Position numbers and translations under genes: made by a program. From Octopus vulgaris (lineage: Eukaryota), in NCBI GenBank assembly GCA_951406725.2, contig OX597817.1, positions 90,272,001 through 90,336,000 on the forward strand: a stretch of 64,000 bases of DNA. The letters run 5' to 3'. The notes beneath the pieces are model-generated. The model was not told where the DNA came from. It did not search any database and was given only the letters and a program-made list of their open reading frames with translations. This document shows, one piece after another, positions 1 to 14,887 of the stretch (the first letter of the stretch is position 1; each line of letters begins with the position of its first letter).

Positions 1-589
1 TAGATACAATGAATTTGAGTGTCAGGGTATGAGGTATAGGCTAGGTGTTGCAGATTTATGATGAACATCTGTAATATTTAACAATATATAACTGTAGAAC
101 AATAACTGTTTCTAATATAGATACAAGTCAAGAAATTTGAGGGAGTGTAAGACAATTACATTGATCCCAGTACATGAGTACTCATTTATTTCACTGATCC
201 CTAAAAATGATGAAAAGCAAAGTTGACCTCAACACCTTATGAACTCAGAACATAAAAAGCATGTTGTCTGATGCACTTACAATTCTGTCAGTCTGCAACA
301 CTCACTACATAAGATGTAATAATCAATATCATTATAATTATATGATATATATTGTTTTAGTCCAATAACAAGATCTTAAATCAAATTTAGATGATTGTAT
401 CTACATATGTTGCTTATTTCCATAGATATGATCACAGACCAAATATTAGATATATTGTTTTAGTCCTAACATATGATTTTAGATAAAATATAGATTATTA
501 TGGATAGATAACATAATACTGTTTTATTACTAACACATGATCTCAGATCAAATATAGATTATTAATATATCCATATAAATTATCGTGGA

Positions 590-1335
590 GTATATTTGCC
601 ACCTAAATGTGGAGGACACATAGGAGATGATGCTACTGTTGTTTATAGCCCCAGGAAGACATTTCCTCCAGCTGGCTAACGACACACTGTCTGTGGCTGA
701 TTAGTATTTGCGAAGGGAAATCATCATTAACATCTCTGGGTTTCTGTGTAGTAACCCATCACCAGTGTGTGACAATCACCAGCTAGCGATGAGAACTCAT
801 ACCAAGTGCAGAATACTATATGCTTTTTCCTGTAACAAACTGTCGCTTATCTCGAAAAAGGAGAAACAAGCAATAATAAATCTCTGAGTGAGATGTAAAC
901 AGCAGCAGCATGGAATCATGAAGTATATTTGCCACCTAAATGTGGTGGACCCATAGGGGACAATGCTACTGTTGTTTATAGCCCCATGAAGACATCTCCT
1001 CCAGCTGGCTAACAATACACTGTCTGTGTCCGATTAGTATTTGTGGAGGGAAATCATCACTAGCTGGTGATTGTCACATGCTGATGACGGGTTACTATTC
1101 AGAAACCTGGGTCTGTGTGTATCACATAAGGCTAGAGATGAGAACAAGGATTTCCCTTTGCAACTACTAATCGGACAGAGACAGTGTGTCATTAGCCAGC
1201 TGGAGAAGATGTCTTCCTGGGGCTATAAACAATAGTAGCATCATCCCCTATGGGTCCACCACATTTAGGTGGCAAATATACTTCACAACTCCATGCTGCT
1301 ACTGTTTATGTCTCGTTCAGAGATTTATTATTGCT
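590..1335. mobile_element. Penelope-like pseudo-LTR relic: direct and inverted copies of a ~140-190 bp unit plus hammerhead-like segments
   Basis: The unit TATATTTGCCACCTAAATGTGG...GGGAAATC occurs at ~590-727 and ~922-1058 (+) and inverted at ~1150-1335. A hammerhead-like segment lies at 1074-1119 (+), with an inverted partial copy at 738-775. Confidence 0.55.
1074..1119 (+). ncRNA. degenerate minimal type I hammerhead ribozyme motif
   Basis: CACATG-CTGATGA-CGGG TTACTA TTCA-GAA-ACC TG GGT-C-TGTGTG. The core CUGAUGA, GAAA and GUC are present, and stem II is weakened. Confidence 0.55.
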
Positions 1336-2783
1336 ATATAAACTATGTTTTACTCTTAATATGTGATCCTGACCAACTTATTTGTGAAATAAGTACAACC
1401 TACTAGATATTCATTCTTCAATTCCTAATTAAGGATTTTATTTTGTCATGGCTTTCACTCAAAATCTTTTCAAATATATTATGGCTTCATGAAATATGGT
1501 CACAATGATATAGCAAGTGACAAATGTTATAAGAATAGACTGAATTACAAACTTGTAAGGAGTTGATTTGTTGGAGATTTGGTTAGCTGTTGTTGTGCCC
1601 TTTAGGGTAACAACAGTGAACCAAATCTCTCAAAAATATAGTTGGCAGCTGTTGTTGTTGGTTAACCCTAGGTAGTTCCAACCACGACTGTTACATCTGT
1701 TTATCAGGCACAGTGCACTCAAGACCATATTATTCCAAGTGTTCTTTTCAAGTATGCTAAGATATGATTTAAGAATTTAGCTGCTATTTCTGGCATGTTG
1801 AGCAAACAGTGCCAAGATTTCCTTGCTGTTTGATATTTCTAGCAGGTTGACAATGTAGAGGTTTTCTTGTTAGCTTGACACAATTTAGCAGCTGATATAA
1901 GACAGAAATAAGTTAGACTCCATGCAGGTGGGTGGACAGGTAATTAAATAGATATACAAAACTATAAATAGCTGAGTGGTAATACATGACTGCATGTTTA
2001 CCATGGAACAAGTTGTGATGTTGCACCATGAACCTGTTGTCACTGTTACCACAAATGTCTAAATAGATGCATGGAGGATATTGAATAGCATAGCAACTGT
2101 TGCTACTCCCACACATACATGGACACACAGTTACACAAAACTACACTCACACACACTGTCACACATAACATAAACACACTAACATACACATAGGTTCTTG
2201 TTTTATACCATGTCAACTCCCTCCCACCTCACATTCTCACACCTCTTCACTCCCACTGCAACACAATATTATCACAGATGACTTCAGAGGCCAGTAATAT
2301 CAGTGACATTACAGCAGCAACAGCAGCAGCAATGATAGCAGCATAGAGCAACAGTAGAACTGGCAACCGATTGCCATAGTAATCAAAGCGACAGCAGCAA
2401 GAACAGCAGCAGCAGACTTTTGAAAAGACAGTCACCAAGATTTGATGTGATAGCTGGCACTGTAGTAGTGCTGATGACAATGGTACAGTGATGGTGATGA
2501 CAATGGTGACAGTATCGGTTGGCTGGCTAAGTGTCGGTACCAATGATGGTGTTCTTTGAATGCACAATACATACAAACTGGCAAAGGACATTAACCATTT
2601 TTCTAGTTCAACAAAAATGTTGTCATGGTAACATAAGAAGCTGACAAGTGAAGAGTTTTTTAAAAATTTGTAATGATGAAAGTGAAACAGATGAGATGGT
2701 TTGTTTGTGTGTATAAATCTGGATGTGTATACACACATGCATGTGTATGTGTGTATACATACACACAAATATATTTGTGTGAA

Positions 2784-2814
<31 letters not shown>

Positions 2815-2914
2815 GTATCAATAACGAACCTATAATGATTACTGGAAACAGCTGTAAGTCAAATTTACTACAATAAAGAAAAATATGTTATGTTCATTAT
2901 TTATGCTTTGTGTA

Positions 2915-3011
<97 letters not shown>

Positions 3012-3054
3012 TAGAGAGAGAATGACATAAACACCGTCATGCAACATACCTATA

Positions 3055-3700
3055 CAGAGAAAGGAAATAAGAGAGGTATATTACTGATAGATCAAGTTAT
3101 TGAAAGTCCCTGAAATAGTTATAGTATAACTGATTTAAAGCAGAATTTAGCCAAGATGCAGCTGGGATTTTTGAAAGTAAGAGATACCACTGATGTCCTC
3201 TTTCTAGTAAAACAATTGCAGAAGTTCTTAGTTAGAGACTATGAGGAGGCCTATGACAGGGTTCTAAGCTCTGTAATCTGGTGGCTGCTAAGGATGTTAG
3301 AAGTAGGTAAATGGTCTGTGAGGTAAGTGGTCTGTTCAAACTATGTACAATGATGAATTTAGTGTGCAGCTGGGTGTTCACCAAGATTCAGTCATCAGCT
3401 GCCATCTCTCTAATAGTTTTCCAGACAATAACTTATACCTGATTTTAGAAAAGATTTAGAGTAGACTTAAGGAAGAAATCCCAGATATGAATGCTAAACT
3501 TACAACTGAAAGACTTAAGAGTAAACTTAACAAGGAGTAAAGTTTTTATAAGCAGGAAAAAAAATGTCAAGAAAATGGCCATATTCAATATGTATAAAAA
3601 AAATAGTTAAACACTATTTATGGTGCTGCCAATGTAAACAATGACTGCATAAGAAGTATATTGGAATGACAGACAGGTGATAAGGGAAGGTAGACTTCAT
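3055..3700 (+). pseudogene. heavily decayed RTE LINE reverse transcriptase fragment
   Basis: Remnants align by eye to the RT at 12450-13200 (RGI.L.DQV, MQ.GF, TTD..FLV.QLQ, GVHQ.S), with many stops and frameshifts. Confidence 0.65.
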
Positions 3701-4154
3701 TTAAGACTTGGTATTCGTGAGCTTGGTTAAATTAGTAAATGTATTTCACAGATACAATCTGTAAGTTGAACAGCAAAAATATGCAAGATTTGCCTGAAGT
3801 CCAATGTGTAACAATCATTGATATCCAATTTCCAGTGATAGAGCTGCTGTTTTTTTTTTTTTTAGTAGAAACCAGCTCCTTTTCAGAAAAATTCTAATAA
3901 ATAAGCAAAGATATGTGTACATGCATACAAATATGCTACAATTACTTACAGTTGACAACAATTTTCTTAATGTCAAGCCTATGAGGGAACCTTAGTGTGG
4001 TCACTGAACTTGCCAGAAACAGCATGTAAATTTTACTCTTGTAAAAAAGTGAGGACCCACTGGACAATGTACTTGTAATTGTACAACACAAGATAGTCTT
4101 GTATATCTACAATTGGTTTGTATACTGTCAACTATCTGCAGTTCTCAATTTTAA

Positions 4155-4369
4155 CACATTTTGAAATCAAGCCACCTGAGACTGTTCCTCTTTCAAAGAT
4201 ACACATTCCATATTTCAAAGTGATCTGGATTTAAAACCTTCTATCAAAGTTTCACATTATATTCCAAACACCAACTTAATATGACAGTTAATTTTCTAAA
4301 TTCTTCATAATTTTCAAAATTAATTAAAAGAAAGGTAGAGTATTTGAACAGAAACATGCTAACAAAGGG
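4155..4369. mobile_element. piggyBac-type MITE, older copy
   Basis: Flanked by TTAA (4151-4154 and 4370-4373), ends in AACAAAGGG, and is internally homologous to 31559-31780. Confidence 0.6.
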
Positions 4370-5756
4370 TTAATCCCAATTCATGTTAACATTGGTGTAG
4401 AGGATATTATACAATTTATCTCCCTCTTTCTTTATCTCCCTCTACTTTTTCAGCACATTCTCAAAACTCACAACAGATTTCTCTAAGTCTCTTCAATTTA
4501 CAGCAGATTTAGCTATCCCTTTGCAGCAAGACTAAATGTTTTCAGTCGTAGAACAGATTAAATAGATATGGTCAAGATTCTTGACACCTCTCACTTGCAA
4601 TATGTTTTCATATTCTATCATAAATACAAAACAAAACAAGTCTCTAACTAAATCCAGTAAATGAAAGAACCAAGGGAAAATTAACATAAATGTGTCACAA
4701 AGAAATCCAAAGGCAGTCTTCAGTCATATCTTAATGCAAATAACTAACTGAAAAAAAATAATACCAACTTCAGATTTAGAAAATATTTTTAAAGGTAACT
4801 GCTTGTTATAAACATTCTTTTATATTTTCCTTCTTATGGGTCATCAATAGAATTTGCTAGTCACAATCACTATAGTTTCATATTGATCATGACTAGAGCT
4901 TTAAACAGACAACAACAACTACAGTTTTACACAGACTACTAGTACAATTTTGCAATGACCCTCTTATTACTGAGTCTGTGTAGAGATTTGCTCTCTCATA
5001 CGTCACCTGTATTTTCCCACCATTGTGATCTTTGGTGAAAGTATCATTGTTACCCCTTGAGATCAGGAAAGTTCTCAACCACGTCTAGCAGTCATATATA
5101 GGCTATTTGAAGTCCCTATCATGTTAATAGGATAAGGTTGATAACTCTGACCTACAACCTGCATTTTGGAATTCTAGCAATAAAACTTTCCTCTGTGTTT
5201 CCCAGCCAAAAGCCAGAAAAAGAAAGTGCTTTTCCACTCTTATCTGCTTTTGTTTATCTACCTACACACAAATAGTACGTTCCACCTTGCTCTTGCTATC
5301 CCATGATATTCTTAAACACTTTTATCACCTTTACACATGGGTGCATTCACATCTTCAAATACCCATTTTTACACTACCCACCTAAAAATTTCACTCACAC
5401 ACACACACATTTCTCCTAATGTTTGTTTCCAAACACTGATACACTCTGAAACACGTATCTACACATAACCCTTCCTCCATTCTTAACTTCCTATATAGAA
5501 GAGTATTCTCCCTCAGTTTCTAAACCTTTGCTTTTTTTCTCACACACCTGCTCCCTTCTTTCTTTTATATACTCACTATTTCTCTCACTTTCCCTATGCT
5601 TTGCCTTTTCTTCCCCAGTTTTTTTCTTATTTTACCCGAGGAAGGATAAATGTCCAAAACATTAACTCTGTCTGTCTGTCTCTGAAGCATTAAACTAATG
5701 CTATATTTGGCAAACTTTGTTCTTCCTGTGTTATGCTTTTTAATGTTTATTGTCTT

Positions 5757-5910
5757 TGAGTGTGGCTGTGTGGTAAGGAGGTTGCTTCCTAACCACATGG
5801 TTCTGGATTCAGCCTCAATACATGGCACCTTGGGCAAGTGTCTTTTACAATAGCTCCAGCTTTGTGAGTGGATTTAATATATGGAAACTGAAAGAAGCCC
5901 ATCACATGTG
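5757..5910 (+). mobile_element. tRNA-derived SINE head with CORE-like domain
   Basis: TGGCTGTGTGGTAAG (A box), GGATTCAG (B-like box) and GGCACCTTGGGCAAGTGTCTT. Same family as 6960-7360 and 27385-27835. Confidence 0.7.
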
Positions 5911-6959
5911 TGTGTGTGTGTCTGAATGTGTGTGTGTGTATGTGTCTTTATGTCAGTATTCAAGCATGCAGATATATATATATAGACAAATAAATTTACA
6001 TTTACACAGGAATATAAAAAATAAAGGATACTAAGGATAGAATGCATAGTATTTTTTACTTTACAGCTGTTTCTGGGAGCTCAGAATTACATAATAATTG
6101 TACTGTGCATAATCAACAGATAGAATGTGCAAAAAGTCAAGGATATGCAACCAGTAAATGATTGCATAGAGACACTACCATAAAACTGGCTTTGTTCATC
6201 TGGAGAAAGAATTGACAATTTTTTCTTTCAGTCCATCTGACAAAGGAGTTGCAACCCAAAACTTCAAAGTTACTGTCATACTTCTTCTTAGAAAAAGTTT
6301 AATTAACATACTTTACTAAAAGTTGTAGAGTAAGTTTTCAGTTTAATGTTATATTGTTTTTATACATAACAACATTAACGTATATATATTCATATACATA
6401 CATATTTATGAATAAATAAATGTTTTTAATAATTTTCTTTTAAAACGAAAACAATGCAATCTACAAAATTAATAGTACATGTCAACATATTAGGATTAGA
6501 ACCCTGTCTTCACAAACACATATACATACACACATACATATACCTACATATATATACCTGTGTATATATATATGAATGTGTGTGTGTGTTTATATATTTC
6601 TTTTATTACCATGTGCACGTAAGTGAAAGCAGGGTATTGTAGTTGCTCATCTTCGTTTGTCTGTGTGTTTGCAAAATTACTAGAATATGGTTGAACAAAT
6701 TTTCTCCAAATTTGGCAGCAATACTCATTGGGTGAATAGCTTGAACTCATTTTGGTTTGATTATCTTCAAAACTGGTTAACGAATGAATCGATACGTTTT
6801 TTTCCTGTGCTACATACAGATGCTTAAATGATAAGCAGGGGAAATAACTCTTGATGTAATTTTGTTGAAATATGAATTTGTCTGAGAATATATTCATTAA
6901 ATTAAATTTTATTTTATCCTTGTGTGCACACAGGGTATACATCGCCCTTCCGAAGCCTT

Positions 6960-7720
6960 TTTTTTCATTCTTTTCTCTTTTTACTTGTTTCAGTCATTTG
7001 ACTGCAGCCATACTGGAGCATTGCCTTGAAGGGTTTCAGTCAAAGAAATCGACCCCAGGACTTATTCTTTGTAAGTCTAGTACTTATTCTGTTGGTCGCT
7101 TTTGCCGAACCGCTAAGTTGCAAGGACATAAACATGCCAACATTGGTTGTCAAACGATGATGGTGAGGGGGACAAAAACCGACACAAAGACACACACACA
7201 CACACACATATACGATGGGCTGCTTTTAGTTTCTGTCCACCAAATCCACTCACAAGGCTTTGGTTGGCCTAAGGCTATAGTAGATGACACTTGCCCAAGA
7301 CGCCATGCAGTGGGACTGAAGCTGAAACTATGTGGTTGGGAAGCAAACTTCTTACCACACTGTTACATGTTTCAGTCAATGGACTGGGGCCATGCTGGGG
7401 CACAGCCATGAAGGGCTTTAGTTAAACAAGTCAATCCCAGTAATTATTTCTTAAATCCAAGTGCTTATTCTATTAGTTTTTTTGATGACCCATTAGGTTA
7501 CATGGATGTAAACAAACCAACACTGGTTGTCAAGCAGTGCTGGGTAACAAACACAAAGACACAAACACAAACACCTACACACAGATACAGCAGGCTTTTT
7601 TCAATTGCAAGGCTTTGACTGGCCTGGGGCTATAGCAGACATTAACCCAAAGTGTCCTGCAGTTGGACTGAATCTGGAACCATGTGGTCGAGAAGCAAAC
7701 TTCTTAACATAAAGCCACAA
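6960..7720 (-). mobile_element. two tandem copies of a tRNA/CORE-like SINE with an internal (CA)n tract
   Basis: Copies at ~6960-7360 and ~7365-7720 share AGACACTTGCCCAAG...GGACTGAA...GTGGTTGGGAAGCAAACTTCTTACCACAC and the 3' TTTTACTTGTTTCAGTCATTTGACTG segment. Confidence 0.75.
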
Positions 7721-7773
7721 CTATATATATAAATATCAAAATATTATCTGCACTGTGAGCACCAAGACTTGAA

Positions 7774-8030
7774 CTGATGAGCTGTGTATTTATTCTTCAT
7801 ATGTTTCAGCAGATTTGTATGCTGTGTCCGTCAGAGGAGAACAACTTCTTTTTATGACAACAATATGTTCACAACACCCTCGACTTGCATGAATGAATCG
7901 AGTGTGTTATGAAAACATTGCAATCATAAAAAAGGAGAAACTGTTCTCCAGGGACATACACAACAACAATTAACATGTTTACAGTCAAATCTTCTGGAAT
8001 GTATTAACAATAAATATGCAAGTCATCATT
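7774..8030. repeat. degenerate fold-back (imperfect palindrome)
   Basis: Arms such as GGAGAACA...TTTTTATGAC / TCATAAAAAAGGAGAAACTGTTCTCC and ACAACAC.CTCGA / TCGAGTGTGTTAT are centred near 7890. Confidence 0.5.
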
Positions 8031-8045
8031 ATATATATATATATC

Positions 8046-8084
<39 letters not shown>

Positions 8085-8087
<3 letters not shown>

Positions 8088-8760
8088 GAGGGTGCAGTGA
8101 ATACATTGTCATCTAAATTATGCCAAAATGAAAATAACACTGACATCTCATTTTAACAGATATATTTACCCAAATTACATTTAAATATCTTGAAATACTA
8201 AAGAGTAAATTTATTCAATAAAATCCGCATTGGCTTCAACCACAGTTTCCAGACGACTTCACAATTTCCTGCATCTCTTCTGGACAGTCTCCTTGTTTCA
8301 GTTGGTGAATGCTGCCATAATCCTTGCCTTCAGCTCATCTTTGGTGTTGCAAGGAGTTTTGTTGGTCTCTTGCTCAACTGTGCCCCATATATAATAACCA
8401 AGGGGGTTGCAGTCTGGGGAGTTAGGTGGCCAGATATTAGGGGTGATGTGGTCACAGAAATTGCCTGACAGCCATGACTGGGTTCTCCTGCTTGTGTGGC
8501 ATGGTGTAGAGACCTGTTGCCAGACATAAGGTCTTCCGACAGCCACCCTCTTGACCCAGGGCAACATTACCTCCTCCAGGCACTTGATGTAGGGCTCTGT
8601 GTTGAGCCTGAGGTGGTGTGGGAAGATAAATGGAGGCATAACGTCATCCTCAATAGTGATCACTCCAAACACTATGATGTTGACTGGATGTTTGATTTGT
8701 ATCACTCTCAGTACATGCTTTGGGGACATGGCAAGCGAACACATGTTCTGTATTTTCACC
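8085..8760 (-). mobile_element. Tc1/mariner (maT/DD37D-like) transposase C-terminal relic
   Basis: ORF 8298-8762 contains ..VFGVIT..GRPYVWQQ..PCHTS..WPPNSPDCNPLGYYIWG.., the mariner/maT catalytic region, with the catalytic Asp positions mutated. Confidence 0.85.
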
Positions 8761-8849
8761 ATCTGTTCACATTGGAGCTTCTGGCAGAAACCCCAAGCAG
8801 GATGTAGGTGTCAGATGAAGAGAGAAGAAGAGGGGAGTCAGATGAAGAG

Positions 8850-9021
8850 GGGATAAAAGAGAGGAAGGAATCTAGGTGTTCACAGGAGAACAAGGTCACA
8901 CCAATACAGTCATCAATATAATGACCATATAGTTCGGGAGTGGGACCAGTGAATCTTGAAAATATTTGGGCCTCAACATAACCAATAAGCAGGTTCGCAT
9001 AGTTGGGGCCCATTCTCATTC

Positions 9022-9025
<4 letters not shown>
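8850..9025 (-). pseudogene. Penelope-like element RT fragment
   Basis: MGMRMGPNYANLLIGYVE...YGHYIDDCIG matches the PLE RT motifs G.aMG...P.yANL and RYIDD. Confidence 0.8.
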
Positions 9026-9066
<41 letters not shown>

Positions 9067-9301
9067 TATACAAATATATACATTCACACACACACACACA
9101 CATGCAAATACATGAAAATATGTGTGTGTGTGTGTATGTATGCATGCATATGTGGACATAAATCAAGATAGGACAGTGAACTGAAAGCCATATATGATAA
9201 CTTCTTAATTTACTAAGTTTTATTCATGGACACAGAGTGCAAACAAAACCCTAATAATTGTGAGGAATTTTGAATAAGTGAAGATAATTAAAAATATTAG
9301 A

Positions 9302-11591
<2,290 letters not shown>

Positions 11592-11593
11592 GA

Positions 11594-11625
<32 letters not shown>

Positions 11626-11627
<2 letters not shown>

Positions 11628-11857
11628 CTTTACTACCCACAAGGGGCTAAACACAGAGAGGACAAACAAGGACAGACAAAGGGATTAAGTCGATTACATC
11701 GACCCCAGTGCGCAACTGGTACTTAATTTATCGACCCCGAAAGGATGAAAGGCAAAGTCGACTTCGGCGGAATTTGAACTCACAACGTAACGGCAGACGA
11801 AATACGGCCACGCATTTCGCCCGGCGTGCTAACGTTTCTGCCAGCTCGCCGCCTTAA
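11626..11857 (-). mobile_element. young tRNA-derived SINE with Nin-like central domain
   Basis: Minus strand reads GGCGGCGAGCTGGCAGAAACGTTAGCA (A box), GAGTTCAAATTCC (B box) and GCCTTTCATCCTTTCGGGGTCGATAAATTAAGTACCAG (Nin-type domain). CpGs are intact and it is flanked by (TA)n. Confidence 0.8.
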
Positions 11858-12075
11858 ATATATATATATATATATGGAAGGATGGGGGCAGCAGGGAACT
11901 GTACCAGATAGCAAAAAGGGAGGCTGGGCGGCAGGTATACATTGCCAAAGATGTAGCAGAAAAGAAGAAGTTTGCCAATGTCCAGCGTCGCGAGGATCAA
12001 AGAGCTGAAGTATTTCGGATTGCCAGACAGTGTGTCAGAGAAAATAGCGATGTTATAGGAGAGAAATGTGTCCGC

Positions 12076-13992
12076 ATGGATGATGGGGCACTTGCTTTTA
12101 CTACTAGTGAAAAGAAAGAGGCTTGGAGAAGCCATTATGAAAGACTGCTGAATGAGGAGAATGAATGGGAGGAGGAGAGCCTGCCAAATGTTGACCCAGT
12201 AGAGGGACCAGCTACCCGAATAGACAGCTCCCTTGTAGATAAGGCAATTAAGGATATGAAACCAGGCAAAGCCCCTGGCCTATCAGGAATCACTGCTGAG
12301 ATGCTTAAAACAGCTGGCTATGTGGGCCATGCCATAGTCACCCGCATTGTAAACCAGGTAGTTCACAATGGAGCCATACCCAATGACTGGTGCAGCAGCA
12401 CCATAGTCAACTGCTACAAGGGTAAGGGTGATGCTCTAGATAGAAATAACTACAGAGGTATCAAACTGTTGGACCAGGTGATGAAGGTCTCAGAGAAGGT
12501 CATAACCAATCTCATTAGGGAGAGAATTTGTTTAGATGAAATGCAGTTCGGTTTTGTACCAGGTAGAAGCACCACTGATGCTATATTCCTGGTCCGACAA
12601 CTGCAGGAGAAGTACCTAGCTAAAGATAAACCCCTCTACATAGCTTTTGTAGACTTGGAGAAAGCCTTTGACAGGGTTCCCCGTTCCCTTATCTGGTGGT
12701 CGATGCGGAAACTGGAGATTGAAGAATGGCTAATAAGGGCTGTACAGGCTCTATACAGAGAGGCTGTCAGCAAGGTTAGGATTGGCAACGAATATAGTGA
12801 AGAATTCCGAGTAGAAGTAGGTGTGCACCAGGGCTCAGCCCTCAGTCCCCTTTTATTCATCATAGTCCTTCAGGCAATAACAGAGGAATTCAAAACGGGA
12901 TGCCCCTGGGAGCTCCTCTATGCCGATGACCTAGCTCTCATAGCAGAATCACTACCGGAACTAGAAGAGAAATTTCGGGTGTGGAAGCAAGGGTTGGAAT
13001 CAAAGGGCCTTAGAATAAATGTAGCAAAGACCAAAGTATTAGTAAGCAGCAAGAGGTACTCAGCACACATCCCCTCGGGTAGGTGGCCCTGCTCAACCTG
13101 TAGGAAAGGTACAGGTAGAAACTCCATAAGATGCACCCAATGTAAGTTATGGACACATAAGAGGTGCAGCAACATTAAAGGGAAATTAACAGATAAGATA
13201 GCTTTCATGTGCGGCAGATGCACAGGGACAATAGACACAACAGACACTCAGAAAACAGATTCCATCACACTCCAGGGAGAGAAACTAGAAGTAGTTGATA
13301 GTTTCCGCTACCTGGGAGACCAAGTTAGTAGCGGAGGTGGATGCACAGAGAGTATCACCACTAGAATACGAATAGCCTGGGCAAAGTTCAGAAAGCTCCT
13401 ACCCCTACTGGCAACAAAAGGTCTCTCCCTCAGAGCAAAAGGTAGATTGTATGATGCATGTGTGCGAACTGCCATGCTTCACGGTAATGAAACATGGGCT
13501 GTGACTGCAGAAGACATGCATAGACTTGAAAGAAATGAAGCTAGCATGATCCGCTGGATGTGTAGTGTCAGTGTGCACGCAAAACAGAGTGTAAGTATCC
13601 TGAGAGAAATGCTGGATATAAGAAGCATCAGATGTGGTGTGCAAGAGCGACGCTTGCGATGGTATGGTCATGTGCTGCGGATGGATGAAGAGAGATGTGT
13701 GAAGAAGTGCCACTCCCAAACAGTTGAAGGTATCAGGGGGAGAGGTAGACCCAGGAAGACATGGGATGAGGTGGTCAAGCATGACCTCAGAGCATTGGGC
13801 CTCACTGAGGCAATGGCGAAGGACCGAGATCTCTGGAGATATGCTGTGACTACAAAGACCCGGGCTGCTTTCTGCAGCAATTCCACATACCCCCTACCCA
13901 TTCTAAGTACCCCGGATCCCCAAAGTACCCTGGATCCCCAAAGTACCCCGATCCCCAAAGTACCCCGGACCTCGTTGCCCCCGTGCCGCTGA
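12076..13992 (+). CDS. RTE LINE ORF: reverse transcriptase with PHD-like zinc finger; the frame is open upstream to 11875
   Basis: Motifs KAPG, NYRGIKLL, QFGFVPGRSTTDAIF, FVDLEKAFDRV, GVHQGSALSPLLF, LYADD, FRYLG and RLRWYGHV..GRPRKTW. A C4HC3 cluster lies at 13090-13221. Confidence 0.92.
   Translation: MDDGALAFTTSEKKEAWRSHYERLLNEENEWEEESLPNVDPVEGPATRIDSSLVDKAIKDMKPGKAPGLSGITAEMLKTAGYVGHAIVTRIVNQVVHNGAIPNDWCSSTIVNCYKGKGDALDRNNYRGIKLLDQVMKVSEKVITNLIRERICLDEMQFGFVPGRSTTDAIFLVRQLQEKYLAKDKPLYIAFVDLEKAFDRVPRSLIWWSMRKLEIEEWLIRAVQALYREAVSKVRIGNEYSEEFRVEVGVHQGSALSPLLFIIVLQAITEEFKTGCPWELLYADDLALIAESLPELEEKFRVWKQGLESKGLRINVAKTKVLVSSKRYSAHIPSGRWPCSTCRKGTGRNSIRCTQCKLWTHKRCSNIKGKLTDKIAFMCGRCTGTIDTTDTQKTDSITLQGEKLEVVDSFRYLGDQVSSGGGCTESITTRIRIAWAKFRKLLPLLATKGLSLRAKGRLYDACVRTAMLHGNETWAVTAEDMHRLERNEASMIRWMCSVSVHAKQSVSILREMLDIRSIRCGVQERRLRWYGHVLRMDEERCVKKCHSQTVEGIRGRGRPRKTWDEVVKHDLRALGLTEAMAKDRDLWRYAVTTKTRAAFCSNSTYPLPILSTPDPQSTLDPQSTPIPKVPRTSLPPCR
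13905..13972 (+). repeat. ~18-bp minisatellite at the end of the RTE ORF
   Basis: About 4 copies of AAGTACCCCGGATCCCCA. Confidence 0.85.
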
Positions 13993-14235
13993 CACGTTAA
14001 AATGCTCGAACCGATCGTGACGATGCCGGACCCTCCGGCCCCTGTGCAGGTGGCACGTAAAAAGCACCCAATCCACTCACGGAGTGGTTGGCGTTAGGAA
14101 GGGCATCCAGCCGTAGAAACTCTGCCAGATTCAGACTGGAGCCTGGTGCGGCCCCTGGCTTCCCAGACCCGGTCAAACAGTCCAACCCGTGCTAGCGCGG
14201 AAGCGGACGTTAAACGATGATGATGATGATGATGA

Positions 14236-14887
<652 letters not shown>

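Noticed and set aside
2247-2768. 173-aa minus-strand ORF
   Set aside because: Low-complexity CAG/GAT-derived sequence with no domain signature.
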